Assembly: GCA_965243135.1 (NCBI GenBank)
Contig: OZ251539.1
Location: 1,024,001 to 1,088,000 of the forward strand
Direction: 5' to 3'
DNA length: 64,000 bases
Source of the DNA: Alphaproteobacteria bacterium
Lineage (GTDB): Bacteria > Pseudomonadota > Alphaproteobacteria > MPNO01 > UBA830
In this document: positions 28,655 to 40,339 of the stretch, piece by piece
Position numbering within the stretch: the first letter of the stretch is position 1
Layout: each line of letters starts with the position of its first letter
The notes under the pieces: model-generated
Seen by the model: only the letters and a program-made list of their open reading frames with translations
Told to the model about the DNA's origin: nothing
Databases searched by the model: none
Translations under genes and position numbers: made by a program

Positions 28655-31024
28655 TTAGCCGTTCGAGCGTTGCAGCGCCTGCCATATCCGGTGCGGAGAG
28701 GCAGGCATGTCTATGTCGTGCACGCCGACCGAGCCCAGGGCGTCGACCACGGCGTTGATGACCGCGGCGCCGGCGCCGATGGTGCCCGCTTCGCCGCAGC
28801 CCTTCACCCCCAGCGGGTTGTGCGTGCACGGCGCGCCTTCGTTGGTGTCGACCTCGAAGGACGGCACGTCGTCGGCCCGCGGCAGGCAGTAATCGTTGAA
28901 GGAGCCGGTGAGGAGCTGTCCCTGGTCGTCGTAGACGCAATTTTCCATCAGCGCCTGGCCGATGCCTTGAACGAGGCCGCCGTGCACCTGGCCCGCCACG
29001 ATCATCGGATTGACGATCTTGCCGAAATCGTCGACCGCGCCGAGGGCGCAAAGCTCGATCTCGCCGGTCTCCCGGTCGATTTCGACTTCGGCGACGTGGC
29101 AGCCGTTCGGGAACGTGAAGTTCTTGGGATCGTAGAAGGCGCTTTCGTCCAGTCCCGGTTCGAGCTCTTCGATGGGGTAGTTGTGCGGCACGTAAGCGGC
29201 GAGAGCCACCTCGCCCACGCTCATTTCCTTGTCGGTTCCGGCGACCTTGAACGTCCCGTCGGCGAATTCGATGTCGTCGACCGCGGCCTCGAGCGCGTGC
29301 GCAGCGATCTTCTTCCCCTTGTCCACCACTTTTTCGATGGCCTTGACGATCGCCGTTCCGCCGACCGCAAGCGACCGCGAGCCGTAGGTCCCCATCCCGA
29401 ACGGTATGCGGTCGGTGTCTCCGTGCACGACTTCGACGTTCTCCATCGGGACGCCGAGATGGTCGGCGACGAGTTGCGCGAAGGTCGTTTCGTGTCCCTG
29501 GCCATGCTGGTGCGAGCCCGTGAACACCGAGACGGAACCCGTCGGGTGAACTCGAACCTCGGCGGCTTCGTAGAGGCCGGCGCGGGCGCCGAGCGCGCCG
29601 GCGACGGCGGAAGGAGCTATTCCGCAAGCTTCGATGTAGGTGGCGAGGCCGATGCCGCGCAGCTTGCCGGACGCTTGCGAAGCGGCCTTGCGGGCGGCGA
29701 ACCCGCCGTAATCCGTCGCTTTCAGCGCGTCTTCCATGTTCCGCACGAAATCTCCGGAATCGTACTGCAGCGCCACCGGCGTCTGATACGGCATTTCCGA
29801 CGCAGCGATGAAATTCCGCCGCCTGATTTCCGCCTTGTCGATTCCGGTTTCCCGCGCCGCCCGTTCGACCAGGCGCTCGAGCAGATAGCAGGCTTCCGGC
29901 CGCCCGGCTCCGCGGTAAGCGTCGACAGGCACGGTGTTCGTAAAGATCGCCCGCACTTCGCAATGGATCAGCGGCGTCTTGTAAAGTCCGGCCAGCAGCG
30001 TCGCGTAGAGATAGGTCGGGATCGCCGGCGCGAAGGTCGAGAGGTAGGCGCCCATGTTGGCGTCCGTGCGGACGCGCAGCGCGAGGAACTTGCCGGAGCC
30101 GTCGAGCGCGAGCTCGCCGGTGGTGGCGTGGTCGCGGCCCTGCGCGTCGGTCATGAAGCTGTCGGATCGTTCCGCCGTCCACTTGATCGGACGGCCGACC
30201 TTCTTCGACGCCCACGTCAGCACGGCTTCTTCGGCGTAATGGTAAATCTTCGAGCCGAAGCCGCCGCCCACGTCGGGCGCCACGACGCGCAGCTTGTGTT
30301 CGGGAATGGAAAGGACGAACGCGCCCATCAACAGCCTTATGACGTGCGGGTTCTGACTGGTCGTGTAGAGCGCGTACGAATCGGCCGCGGCGTCGTACTC
30401 GGCTATGGCGGCCCGCGGTTCGAGCGGGTTCGCGACCAGCCGGTTGTTGACCAGTTCGAGCCTGGCGACGTGAGCCGCCGAAGCGAACGCTTCGTCGACC
30501 GCTTGCTTGTCGCCCAGTTCCCAGTCGTAGCAAACGTTGTCGGCGACGCCGTCATGCAACAGCGGCGCGCCGTCCGCGACCGCATCGGCCATGTCGACCA
30601 CCGCCGGCAGCTCCTCCAGCCGAACGTCGACAAGTTCCGCCGCGCTCCGCGCCTGTTCGCGGGTTTCGGCGACGACGACGGCGATGTTGTCGCCGACGTG
30701 CCGCACCTTGTCCGCAACCAGCGGCGGGTGGGGCGGTTCGTGCATCGGGGTTTCGTTCTTTCCGATCACCTGCCACCCGCAGGGGAGTCCGCCGACGCCG
30801 TCCGCGGCCCAATCGGCGCCGGTGAGAATCTTCACGACGCCGGGCGCGTTTTCCGCCTTCGACGCGTCGACGCCCGCAATCCTGGCGTGCGCGACCGAGG
30901 AACGCAGGAAACAGGCGTAGGTCTGGCCGGGCCGGCTCATGTCGTCGACGTATTTGCCGGCGCCTCTCAGGAAACGTTGGTCTTCGCGCCGTTCGACGGC
31001 GGCGCCGATAGCTCCGTCTGGCAT
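28655..31024 (-). CDS. coxL: Form II CO-dehydrogenase-like molybdopterin large subunit
   Basis: Active-site loop AYRGAGR (form II), [21 protein letters not shown]. Confidence 0.93.
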   Translation of the reverse strand: MPDGAIGAAVERREDQRFLRGAGKYVDDMSRPGQTYACFLRSSVAHARIAGVDASKAENAPGVVKILTGADWAADGVGGLPCGWQVIGKNETPMHEPPHPPLVADKVRHVGDNIAVVVAETREQARSAAELVDVRLEELPAVVDMADAVADGAPLLHDGVADNVCYDWELGDKQAVDEAFASAAHVARLELVNNRLVANPLEPRAAIAEYDAAADSYALYTTSQNPHVIRLLMGAFVLSIPEHKLRVVAPDVGGGFGSKIYHYAEEAVLTWASKKVGRPIKWTAERSDSFMTDAQGRDHATTGELALDGSGKFLALRVRTDANMGAYLSTFAPAIPTYLYATLLAGLYKTPLIHCEVRAIFTNTVPVDAYRGAGRPEACYLLERLVERAARETGIDKAEIRRRNFIAASEMPYQTPVALQYDSGDFVRNMEDALKATDYGGFAARKAASQASGKLRGIGLATYIEACGIAPSAVAGALGARAGLYEAAEVRVHPTGSVSVFTGSHQHGQGHETTFAQLVADHLGVPMENVEVVHGDTDRIPFGMGTYGSRSLAVGGTAIVKAIEKVVDKGKKIAAHALEAAVDDIEFADGTFKVAGTDKEMSVGEVALAAYVPHNYPIEELEPGLDESAFYDPKNFTFPNGCHVAEVEIDRETGEIELCALGAVDDFGKIVNPMIVAGQVHGGLVQGIGQALMENCVYDDQGQLLTGSFNDYCLPRADDVPSFEVDTNEGAPCTHNPLGVKGCGEAGTIGAGAAVINAVVDALGSVGVHDIDMPASPHRIWQALQRSNG

Positions 31025-31081
31025 CGCATGTGCCTCCTTGAACGCCGGCCCGACGGCCGGGAACTCAGGGTCTCTTCCGCC

Positions 31082-31558
<477 letters not shown>

Positions 31559-31709
31559 TGGCACCTCCAAATTCGCCGGCGCGCGCCGCGCGGCCGGCAG
31601 TTCTTGCCGTCATCGTCCGAAACGCGGGTCTCGAAAAACGGCGGCGGAAAGTCTTCGCATTCTTCAGTAGACAGCCAATCCGCGAAGAGGTCAAGCATCG
31701 GGCGCGGCG

Positions 31710-32300
31710 TCACAGCTGCAGGATAGCGAGCACGAGCACGACGGCCGCGATCAGTCCCACGACCCACACCTTCGCGTTCAGTCCGGGCGGCCGTTTCGGG
31801 GAATCGGCCGCCGCCGGTTCCGGCGCTGGCGCCGGTTGCGGGGCGTCTTCCGCCCCGGTCTCCCCGCCGACCTCCTCGGCGAATTTTCCGAAGAAGTCGT
31901 TGGCCATCTTCTTCGCGGTGGAATCGATCAGGCGAGAGCCGATCTGGGCCAGCTTGCCGCCGACCTGGGCGGTCGCCACGTAGGTCAACACGGTTTCGGA
32001 GCCGTCTTCGGCGAGCTTGACCTCGGCGCCGCCCTTGGCGAAACCGGCAACGCCGCCCTGACCGTCGCCGGAGAGCTTGCATCCGCGCGGCGGATCCATG
32101 TCGCTCATGGTGACCTTGCCGGTGAAAGTGGCGGACACGGGGCCGACCCGGGACTTCACCTTCGCCGATAGTTCGGTTTCGGACTCTCTCTTGAGTTCCT
32201 GGCAGCCGGGAATGCACTTCGCCAGCACCTCCGGATCGTTCAGCGCCTCCCAGACCTTTTGGCGGGGCGCGGGGATCCTGTATTCACCGGTCATATCCAT
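31710..32300 (-). CDS. coxG: CoxG (SRPBCC domain plus C-terminal membrane anchor)
   Basis: VWEALNDPEVLAKCIPGC, GGKLAQIGSRLI, hydrophobic C-terminus. Confidence 0.92.
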   Translation of the reverse strand: MDMTGEYRIPAPRQKVWEALNDPEVLAKCIPGCQELKRESETELSAKVKSRVGPVSATFTGKVTMSDMDPPRGCKLSGDGQGGVAGFAKGGAEVKLAEDGSETVLTYVATAQVGGKLAQIGSRLIDSTAKKMANDFFGKFAEEVGGETGAEDAPQPAPAPEPAAADSPKRPPGLNAKVWVVGLIAAVVLVLAILQL

Positions 32301-32877
32301 GGACGCTCTCTCCCGAACGGATTTCGCCGAACCTTAGTGCGTCGGGGAAGGTCGGGCAAGAAGCGCCGGCGGACCGAAATCGCTCTCGTCAACTCGGGCG
32401 CCAAGGCGGAAGACATGACCGGAAAGGCGTTTTTCCGGCACGGCGAAGCATCGTTTCCGTCAACCCGAGCGCGCTTGCGCGCGGTTGGCCCGGAAAACAA
32501 GGCCGTTGCCGTCGAACCGCCGACCCGACGGCCGGCGCGCGCTGCCCGGACGATCGCGCGCCGAAGCGGGAAGCGAGAAGTCACTCGCGGCTTGCATGAA
32601 GCGTTTTCGTCGCCCCGTCCCGAGGGCGCGCTTCGCTTCCTCGACCAAGCCTGCAGAAGTCTGACATTGGCCGCGGTTGCGCTGCGACCGCCTGTCGGGG
32701 AAAGCCGGGAGCGGGCCTCCGGCCCGGCGAAGCGAACGCTCGAGTCGCGGCTGAAGCGCTCGGCAGCGTCCGGACGCTGCCGGCGGACGACAGTCTCGAC
32801 TCGGACATGGGCAAGGTCGCAAGTTCGCCGCGCCCAGCGTACAGCGATAGTGGTTATCTTCCCGCGAAGTTCCGGCT

Positions 32878-34059
32878 TCAGGACGAAGAATCGATCTTCG
32901 ATTTACGGTCCGGCGGGGCGATGAAGTCGAGATAATTTTCCGGATTCACGATCTGAAAGGAACTCCCGGGGTAGGTCCGGCGCCATCCACCGGGCTCGCG
33001 GACCCGGGATTTGGGAGACCACTTCATTTCAACGGCGTCGAGGCGTCCGCCCCATTCCTCGACCAGATCGATTTCCTGCCGGTCGTAGGTGCGCCAGAAA
33101 TAACTTTCGGCCAAGCTGCCCGTGTACAGGTTGCGTTTCAGCCGCTCGGCCATAACGTAGTTTTCCCATAAGGCGCCTGCGTCGTCGCGCAAGGATAGGC
33201 TGTTGAAGTTATTGATCAATCCGTTTCTGATGCCATTGTCGTAGAAATAATACCGGCGGCTCTTGGCGATTTCCTTGCGCAGATTGCGGCTAAATCCGCG
33301 CCGACCGTATATCACATAGGTTTTTTCCAGAAGATCGAGATAACGATTCACCGTGTTCTTGGTCATGCCGAGTTGGGTTCCGATCTCCGTCACCGACACT
33401 TCGCGGCCGATCTGGAACGCGATCAACTGGAGCAACCGAAGCAGCTTGTCGGAATGGCGAATGCCTTCCAGCTGAAGGATGTCCTTGAACAGGTAGGAGG
33501 AAACCAGTTCCTTGATGTAGATCTCGCGATCCTCGTTCGATCCCATGAGGACGACTTCGGGGTAGGATCCGTAGATCAGGCGCGTTTCGAGATTGGCCCT
33601 GGTTTCATGCGCGTCCTCCACTTCCCGAATCTCCAGCTGCGCGAGAGGCAGGAGGAGCAGCGTATACTTGCGGCCCGTCAGGGGTTCTCCGGTTTGCCGA
33701 GAGAGATCGAAGGAAGACGACCCCGTTGCGACGATGCTGAGTCCTTCGACGTGATCGGCCAGCAGCTTCAGGTTCAAGCCGATTTGCCGCACATGCTGGG
33801 CTTCATCCACGATGAGCGTCCGCCGTCCGCCGACGAAGGCTCTCAGCTTGGCCAAGGACTGGCTTTCCAGATACTCGCGCACCGCGATATCCTCGCCGGT
33901 CACCGCAAGGGCGTCATGGTCGTATCTTTCGACGTAGCGACGGATCAACGTGGTCTTCCCCGCCCGCCGCGGGCCGTACACCACAACGACCTTGCCGGGC
34001 GCGACCAAACGCCTGAGACGGGCGAGCTGCGCCTGAGGAATATAGATATTGGATAACAT
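32878..34059 (-). CDS. AAA_14 ATPase with DUF4143 domain
   Basis: GPRRAGKTT, IVDEAQ, TGSSS..LTGR, GALWEN, WRTYDRQEIDLV..VEMK. Confidence 0.9.
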   Translation of the reverse strand: MLSNIYIPQAQLARLRRLVAPGKVVVVYGPRRAGKTTLIRRYVERYDHDALAVTGEDIAVREYLESQSLAKLRAFVGGRRTLIVDEAQHVRQIGLNLKLLADHVEGLSIVATGSSSFDLSRQTGEPLTGRKYTLLLLPLAQLEIREVEDAHETRANLETRLIYGSYPEVVLMGSNEDREIYIKELVSSYLFKDILQLEGIRHSDKLLRLLQLIAFQIGREVSVTEIGTQLGMTKNTVNRYLDLLEKTYVIYGRRGFSRNLRKEIAKSRRYYFYDNGIRNGLINNFNSLSLRDDAGALWENYVMAERLKRNLYTGSLAESYFWRTYDRQEIDLVEEWGGRLDAVEMKWSPKSRVREPGGWRRTYPGSSFQIVNPENYLDFIAPPDRKSKIDSSS

Positions 34060-35221
34060 AATAGCGTAATTTACGCAAATTCCGTCATTTTGCAAGCCTT
34101 TATTCGCCATGTCTCCGCACGAAGGCTCGACATGAGCGACGGTGCGCAGGTCCGAATTCGTCCAGGCGAAAACGGCAATTTCTCCGGCACCGTCTCAGTC
34201 GGCGCATCCGCTTGTTGGGGCAGCCGGGTCGAAGAATCCTCATTCCATCGCCTCCCCGGGCGGTCTCGCGCCTGCATCGCCCGATTTTCGAGCGAATGGC
34301 GCACGAGCGCGAGGGAGTCTCTCTGAACGGTTGGCTCTGCGAGGACTTCGCGCCTCCGACAACTCTCCTCCGAAAGCCGGATCGCCGGACCGCGGAATTC
34401 GGTACGCTTGCGCTCAACGCTCCAAGGCGTCGGAGCCGTCCACAGCCGCGAACGTTCGCTTGCCGTTCAAAGAAAATCGCCCGGTTCGCCCGCCGAGTCG
34501 GAGTTCCGGCCCCGCTCCAAAAAACCACGCCCGCAACCCGAATTCGGCCTCCAGATTCGATCCGCGATGGCTAAGCGTTGCTTCGTCGTGAGGGAAGCAG
34601 CCGCGCACGAGCTCTACCACCGGAGATCAGCGTGCGTCGGGAGCGATGTTCAGCGACGGGTTGGGCGCCGTCGGCAACGCCAAGAAGGTCGCCAGGCCGT
34701 GCGGCGCGTAGACAGCACGGGTCGTGGCGTCGTCTTTCGTTCAGGACAAATCGTTTGGTTCGCCCGAGGATCCGGGATTCCGGTCCCACTTCCAAAATCC
34801 ATGCCTGCAACTCGAATTCAAACCTCCAGACATCGCGTAACTTAAATTTGTCGGCCAAGGTCGCTCGAACGCCAGTCTCAGCCCGGTGCCGAGGTAGGCG
34901 CTGACCGCGTTTTCGAGCAGGACGGGGAGGCGAGACCGGAAGATGCGCTTCTCCAGAAAGCGGTGCGTTCCAATCTACGGCATCTTGAGAAAAACCATGC
35001 AAAATCTTCCAGTTACGGATACCATGTCAAGAGATCCGAAGTTATATCGCTCACGAGATTGCTGTCGTGGGCCTTGTTGGCATCCGCGACCCGTTCTCAC
35101 GTCGGGAGCGGTCAGTGCTTTCGCGGGACTACGGCGACTGGATCGTCGCATACGCGAGGCATTTTCTGCGGGAGACGGCCGCGCGCAGCGGCAAAAGGAA
35201 CCGCGGACCGGCGCCTGGACT

Positions 35222-36055
35222 TCATTCCGTCAGTGCAATCAAGCCCATGCCGGTGGTCATCGGCGCATAGTAATTGCGGTGGACGCGTTTGACTTTCTCC
35301 GAAAGCGCCCCCCGCATGACCAACCACATTATCAGCTCGACAGCTTCGGCTCCCGCAGCTTCCATGATGTCCTGGTGAGTTAGTTCGGCAAGCGTTCGCG
35401 GGTCGGCTTCGATCCGGTCGAGGAAGTCGCGGTCGAACTCGGAGTTGAGGTGCCCGAAGCGCGCGCCGTTCAATTGATGCGACATGCCGCCGGTCCCGAG
35501 AATGACCACCTTGACGTCGTCGGGATAACGCTCCACCGCTTGGCGGATCGAACGGCCCAGTTTCCAGCAGCGCCGCGCGGTCGGAAGCGGATGCTGGATC
35601 ACGTTGATCGCGATCGGCACGGTTTTGACGGGCCATCTCCGATCATGATCGAAACACAGATGCATCGGGACCATGAAGCCGTGCTCGACCGCCAGTTCCT
35701 GGCACACGGTGATGTCGAATTCGTCGTAGACGAGCTCGTTGCACAGGTGCCACGAAAAATCGGCGTCGCCGGGAAAGTCGGGCAACGGTCGCCGGCCCCA
35801 TCCTTCGTCGCCCACCGGGTAGAGGTCGGCGGCGCCAACCGCGAACGTCGGGTACTTGTCGAAGAAAAAGTCGCCGCCATGATCGTTGTAGACGACGATG
35901 GCGATGTCCGGGGCGAGGTTTCTGAGCCATTGCTTGACCGGTTCGTATGCGTCGAAAAGCGGTTTCCAGTCGGGTTCCTGCGTGCGTCTCTGGTCGTATG
36001 CGACCCCGATCGAGGGGACATGGGAGGTTCCGATTCCGGCGACGATGCGAGCCAT
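35222..36055 (-). CDS. ligB: Extradiol (class III) dioxygenase beta subunit, protocatechuate 4,5-dioxygenase-like
   Basis: GIGTSHVPSIG, YNDH, PLPTARRC, GTGGMSHQL, AGAEAVELIMWLVMRGAL. Confidence 0.9.
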   Translation of the reverse strand: MARIVAGIGTSHVPSIGVAYDQRRTQEPDWKPLFDAYEPVKQWLRNLAPDIAIVVYNDHGGDFFFDKYPTFAVGAADLYPVGDEGWGRRPLPDFPGDADFSWHLCNELVYDEFDITVCQELAVEHGFMVPMHLCFDHDRRWPVKTVPIAINVIQHPLPTARRCWKLGRSIRQAVERYPDDVKVVILGTGGMSHQLNGARFGHLNSEFDRDFLDRIEADPRTLAELTHQDIMEAAGAEAVELIMWLVMRGALSEKVKRVHRNYYAPMTTGMGLIALTE

Positions 36056-36060
36056 TTCGT

Positions 36061-36432
36061 CTACCGCGCTCCCGACGCATTGCGCGTTGCCAGAAACTCT
36101 TCGTATGTCTCGCCCCGTTGATGCGCGCCGATCTGGTACAGTCCTTGGCCAAGCACCGCGCCGATTTTCATGATCATGTAGATGTTGCCTCCGTGTTCCG
36201 CCATGATGGCCCGCCAGTCGCGGTCGCGAATGAGCTGCTTTTCCTCGTCGGTCAGATCGCAGGTCGCCATGTAGGCTTCTTCGTCTGACAGGAATGCCTC
36301 GCGATTGTCCGGTTTCGTCATAGACATGGCGAACTTGTTGAGGCGGTATCCGCGGCGCGTTTCCATGTGATCGAAAATCTTGGTGTTCTCTATCGTCCGG
36401 TTCCTGTCGATCTGCATCTTTCGCTCCTGCAT
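36061..36432 (-). CDS. ligA: Protocatechuate 4,5-dioxygenase alpha subunit-like
   Basis: RRGYRLNKFAMSM..NREAF..DEEAY, RDW..GGNIY..KIG; directly upstream of ligB. Confidence 0.88.
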   Translation of the reverse strand: MQERKMQIDRNRTIENTKIFDHMETRRGYRLNKFAMSMTKPDNREAFLSDEEAYMATCDLTDEEKQLIRDRDWRAIMAEHGGNIYMIMKIGAVLGQGLYQIGAHQRGETYEEFLATRNASGAR

Positions 36433-36623
36433 GTACAGACGGATTGGAGATCTAATCCGCGCTTCGAGTCAACCCCTCTTCTCCGCATTAGGGGCCGCCC
36501 GCCAAGTCCGTCGCCGTCAGCGCAGGTGCAGCGACTCTACGACCGTTCTCTCAAACCTACGATAATCTCTCTTATCTGCCATAACCTACATGCAGGCGTC
36601 GCGCCAGCCCGATCATCGCGGAG

Positions 36624-38181
36624 GGGTGCAGGTCTGATATTGCCAAACGAGAAACAACCTGTTGATTTTCAACAATTATTCGAGCACTAGCCGCGACGCT
36701 TCAAGGACGAAATCAGCGATTTCGTGACAAAACGCCGTTCCGGGCGCGGATTTTGTCACGATCAGGGGGCCGGAGGACGAAAAAAGGAATGCTCCTGACC
36801 GCGCGGCAGAATGTTGGCTTGACCCCACAACCCATGCCAGTTTCGCAATCTTCGAACGGTTTGTCCCTTTCCGAGCTCTCCCCGGTGGCCGCCGGGGCGG
36901 TGCGATCCTTCGCGTCCATCGTCGAGAAAGGGGCCGCGACCGCCAAGGCGTTCGGGGACAGCCTTTCTCAAGGAAGGGTCCGAGGGGGAGGGTCCCGAGG
37001 CGTTCGCCGATTTCGAGCTTGGGTAAGCGGGTCGCTGCGCTGTGCCGGACGGTGATTTGCAAGTACATCGAGGACCGGGACGAGAGGGGAAGCTCGCAAG
37101 GACGACAAGGTCTTCTACCGGGCTGCGCGGACGCAGAAGACCGTCCACACGCTGTCCGGTCCGGTATTTTCGGACGCGCTCGGAAAACGGATCGTTCTCG
37201 CCGGTCGACAACGACCTGGGCTGACGGCTGAACCCGGCCGCTTGCTCTCCTGCTTCTGGAGCACTGCACGCCGCAGGAAACGGCCCAACTCTTCGAGGAG
37301 TTGGGGGGCATGAACCCGTCGTCGAGCCACGCGTCTGTTGGAGACGACGGGCAGCCTCTGGAAGGAAAAGGAGCAGGAAGCCATGGAAAGCATCCGCGAG
37401 GCGGAAACGGTGCGAGGCGGTTTCCTGCGCCGTTTCGCTTGACGGGGTTTCGCTTCGCCCGGACGGGGACGAGGAAGCGTGCTGGCGCGAGGCGTCCTGC
37501 GGGACGGTCAGTTTCCACGACGCGGAAGGCAATCGCTTGAAAACGCTCAGTTTCGGGCCGGAGGCCGGCAAGGCGACGCTGAAGGCGCAACTCGCCGAAG
37601 AGGTCGCCCACCAAGGTACGGCCCGACCTGAAGGTGGTCGCCGTTGCCGACGCCGCGCCCGACAACTGGACGTTTCTCGAAGATCTCCGGCCCGACGAGC
37701 GGGCGGTCGATTTTTGCGTGCGAACATCTCAACGAGGTCTCCGACCGTCGCAAGCAACTGGTACGAAAAGTACCGCGCTGTCCTGCGCGACGACGCCGAC
37801 GGCGTCGACAAGGTTATCCGGGCGACCTCCGCGACAAGGCGACGACGGAAACGGCGCTCAAGGTTCTTGAGCGCGAGCTTTTCCGCAAGCACAGGCGTGC
37901 GCTACGCGAGCCTCAAGGCTGGCGGCTATGGGTCAGGCGTCGTGGAGGCCGCCAACAAGGTACTGGTCAACCAGTGCATGAAGCGGGCGCGCTGGAGCGT
38001 CGAAGGCGGTCAGAACGTCCTCACCTTCAGAGCGTTGGTCGGGTCGCTTCGAGTCGGCATGGCGGGCAATGACTGGGGCTGCGAACGACAATCAGGCGTT
38101 GAACGCCATCGCAGCCTGACGGCGGAAATCCCTGATTCCATAAATAAAAACAAGGAGTTTGGCAAAAATAGATCTGCACCC
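36624..38181 (+). mobile_element. Decayed ISKra4/IS256-superfamily element with 25-bp terminal inverted repeats
   Basis: IRL GGGTGCAGGTCTGATATTGCCAAAC vs reverse complement of IRR GGGTGCAGATCTATTTTTGCCAAAC (21/25); frameshifted transposase pieces VVAVADAAPDNWTFL and GSGVVEAANKVLV..MKRARWS..GGQNVLTFR. Confidence 0.85.
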
Positions 38182-38222
38182 GGTCTGATTGATAGAAAGG
38201 CCGAACAGTTCCAAAATTCTGC

Positions 38223-39338
38223 TCACAGAAGGGATCCCCACCGCTGCCGTGCCAACTCGTGATATTCGGGGGAAATATCAATCCCCACAGATTTCCGACC
38301 GAAGTTGCTAGCGGCGCAAAGAGTCGTGCCAGTGCCGGAAAACGGATCTAGAACTATTCCATCATTGGGGCATGTGGCCAATATTGGTATACGACAAAGA
38401 TCGACCGGAAAAGGTGCAAAATGCAGTTGCCTGTTTTGCGTATCTTCCGGAATAATTTCCCAAACGTCTGATGGTTTGCTTCCCTTTGGATGGTTTCGGA
38501 GAAAATAGAATCCCTTTTCCCGAAGTTCTTTAGCGCGACCGGAAAGGGCCTCATTGTCCGAGTGCGTCGTTCGCTGTTGGCCGCGAATTATCATTCGGAA
38601 ATCCGCTAATCGGCCCATGGCGATATCTTCAAGGATTCTGTCCAAAGCCTTATTCGCTTGTGCTTTCTCCGTTTCAGTTAAAGAAGTTGATCGGTTGATC
38701 TGATGACGGTATCGAACGCCCGAAACGCCGGTCGAAGAAATAACTGCGCCGTTAACGATTTTGGATTCCCCTAGTTTGGCACGGATTGCGTCGACATCGT
38801 AGAAATAGTTTTTTTGTTTGACAAAGTGGAACACATTTTCGTGAATATTCCCCAGCCTATCCTTTGTCGTGTCCATGCCGCTCTTCATTTTGTTCCATAT
38901 GACGCTATTTCGTAATATCCAACCTTGATTGTCCGTCAACTTAAAAGCTATTCTCCACGGTATTCCGGCAAGTTTCTTGGCATGATAGGAATCACCAATA
39001 TTTAACCAGAAGGATCCTTCAGGTTTGAGTACTCGCTTGAGATCAAAAAAGATAATTGCGAGATTATGAATATAATCATGAAAATTTTCTTCTAGTCCAA
39101 GTTTGCCGCTATCGTATTTTCTCTTGCGCCAATAGGGTGGAGAAGTAAATACGCAATCAATGCTTTCGTCCGGGAAGTCTTTTAGAACGATGCTAGCATC
39201 TCCAAGTAAAAGCAATGGTATCGAAGTGCGCTCTTCTGCATACCGCTCAAATACGGCTTTATGACTGGAACTCGTTCTCAAAGGCGGCTGATAACGTTTT
39301 CTATAGCACTGATTATCGTCATCGGTAAAATTTGGCAT
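38223..39338 (-). CDS. Orphan beta-class DNA methyltransferase (probably N4-cytosine)
   Basis: Motif IV TSPPY precedes HFAPFP and motif I VLDPFSGTGTT; AT-rich; no adjacent restriction endonuclease. Confidence 0.9.
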   Translation of the reverse strand: MPNFTDDDNQCYRKRYQPPLRTSSSHKAVFERYAEERTSIPLLLLGDASIVLKDFPDESIDCVFTSPPYWRKRKYDSGKLGLEENFHDYIHNLAIIFFDLKRVLKPEGSFWLNIGDSYHAKKLAGIPWRIAFKLTDNQGWILRNSVIWNKMKSGMDTTKDRLGNIHENVFHFVKQKNYFYDVDAIRAKLGESKIVNGAVISSTGVSGVRYRHQINRSTSLTETEKAQANKALDRILEDIAMGRLADFRMIIRGQQRTTHSDNEALSGRAKELREKGFYFLRNHPKGSKPSDVWEIIPEDTQNRQLHFAPFPVDLCRIPILATCPNDGIVLDPFSGTGTTLCAASNFGRKSVGIDISPEYHELARQRWGSLL

Positions 39339-39874
39339 GACCGTTCCCTTATCGGGAATTTATCTTCTCCCGAAGCGCAGTACGGGTTGTGGGCGACCTC
39401 TGTCGCGAGGGCATTATCGGGGCGGGCCGGTTGACGAGTCAAGGCGCCGCGGCAAAACCTTTCTTTTCCGTGGTATCCATCGGGTCCAATGCTCGGCCTC
39501 GACGCGCGTGACGTTCTGCCTGTTCGCGCGTCCCTTAGGGGCGACCGGCGCTTTCTCCGCTTCGGTGGTCGCGCTTCGAGTAACCAGCCGGGCGAGCGCC
39601 GCGAGTTCGCCCGCGCCCGGTTGTGGCGCTTGGGGAAGGGGAGCCCGGTGCGGAGATCCGACAGGGCTCCGACATGCTCTTGAGGGCGACGTGGGCCGCT
39701 GGTCGGGAGATCTTCGAGGAGACGGCCATCGCCCCCGGGGACCGCATTCCGTGCCGTTCGTTCGCATCCGACCGACCACTTCGGCGATCCGCGCCGCCGT
39801 TTGATGCGCTGCGGACAATCTGGGCATATTCGTCGTCGAAGAAATTTTCCGCGTCGGCGGGAGCGCAGCTGATC

Positions 39875-40339
39875 ATGAAGATCGAAGAAGCCTTTCTTGT
39901 CGGAGCCCCGATCGAGCGCGTCTGGGAGTTCGCGATGAATCCGGCGGAAATGGCGCCCTGCGTTCCCGGTTGCGGCGATGTCGAAGTCCTCGGCGGCGGC
40001 AAGTATCGCGCGAGCGTCAAGGTCGCCATGGGGCCCGTCCGGACGTCCTTCAACGTTTCGGTGGAACTTGTGAAGACGGAGGCTCCTGCATATGCTGCGA
40101 TGGTGACGCGCGGCGAGGAAGGCGGAAAAGCCAGCATGCTGACGGCCGACAGCGAACTGCATCTCAAGAGGGTCGGCCCGAACGAAACCGAAGTGCGCTA
40201 CAAGTCGGAGGTGTCCATCGTAGGGCGCTTCGGCAGGTTCGGTTTCGGCATGATGAAGAAGAAAGCCAGGGATCTCGGGGAACAGTTCGCCGGGAACATG
40301 CGGGAACGGCTGGAGACGGCGGGGGCTCGGATTCGTTGA
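39875..40339 (+). CDS. CoxG/SRPBCC family protein
   Basis: APIERVWEF..P..MAPCVPGC; first gene of the molybdo-hydroxylase operon. Confidence 0.85.
   Translation: MKIEEAFLVGAPIERVWEFAMNPAEMAPCVPGCGDVEVLGGGKYRASVKVAMGPVRTSFNVSVELVKTEAPAYAAMVTRGEEGGKASMLTADSELHLKRVGPNETEVRYKSEVSIVGRFGRFGFGMMKKKARDLGEQFAGNMRERLETAGARIR

Noticed and set aside
28655-31024. Bona fide form I CO dehydrogenase
   Set aside because: Loop is AYRGAGR rather than AYxCSFR, and gene order is S-L-M.
34110-35220. Short ORFs in long intergenic regions (also 32300-32870 and 39340-39870)
   Set aside because: No coherent protein motifs; probably decayed DNA and not supportable without searches.
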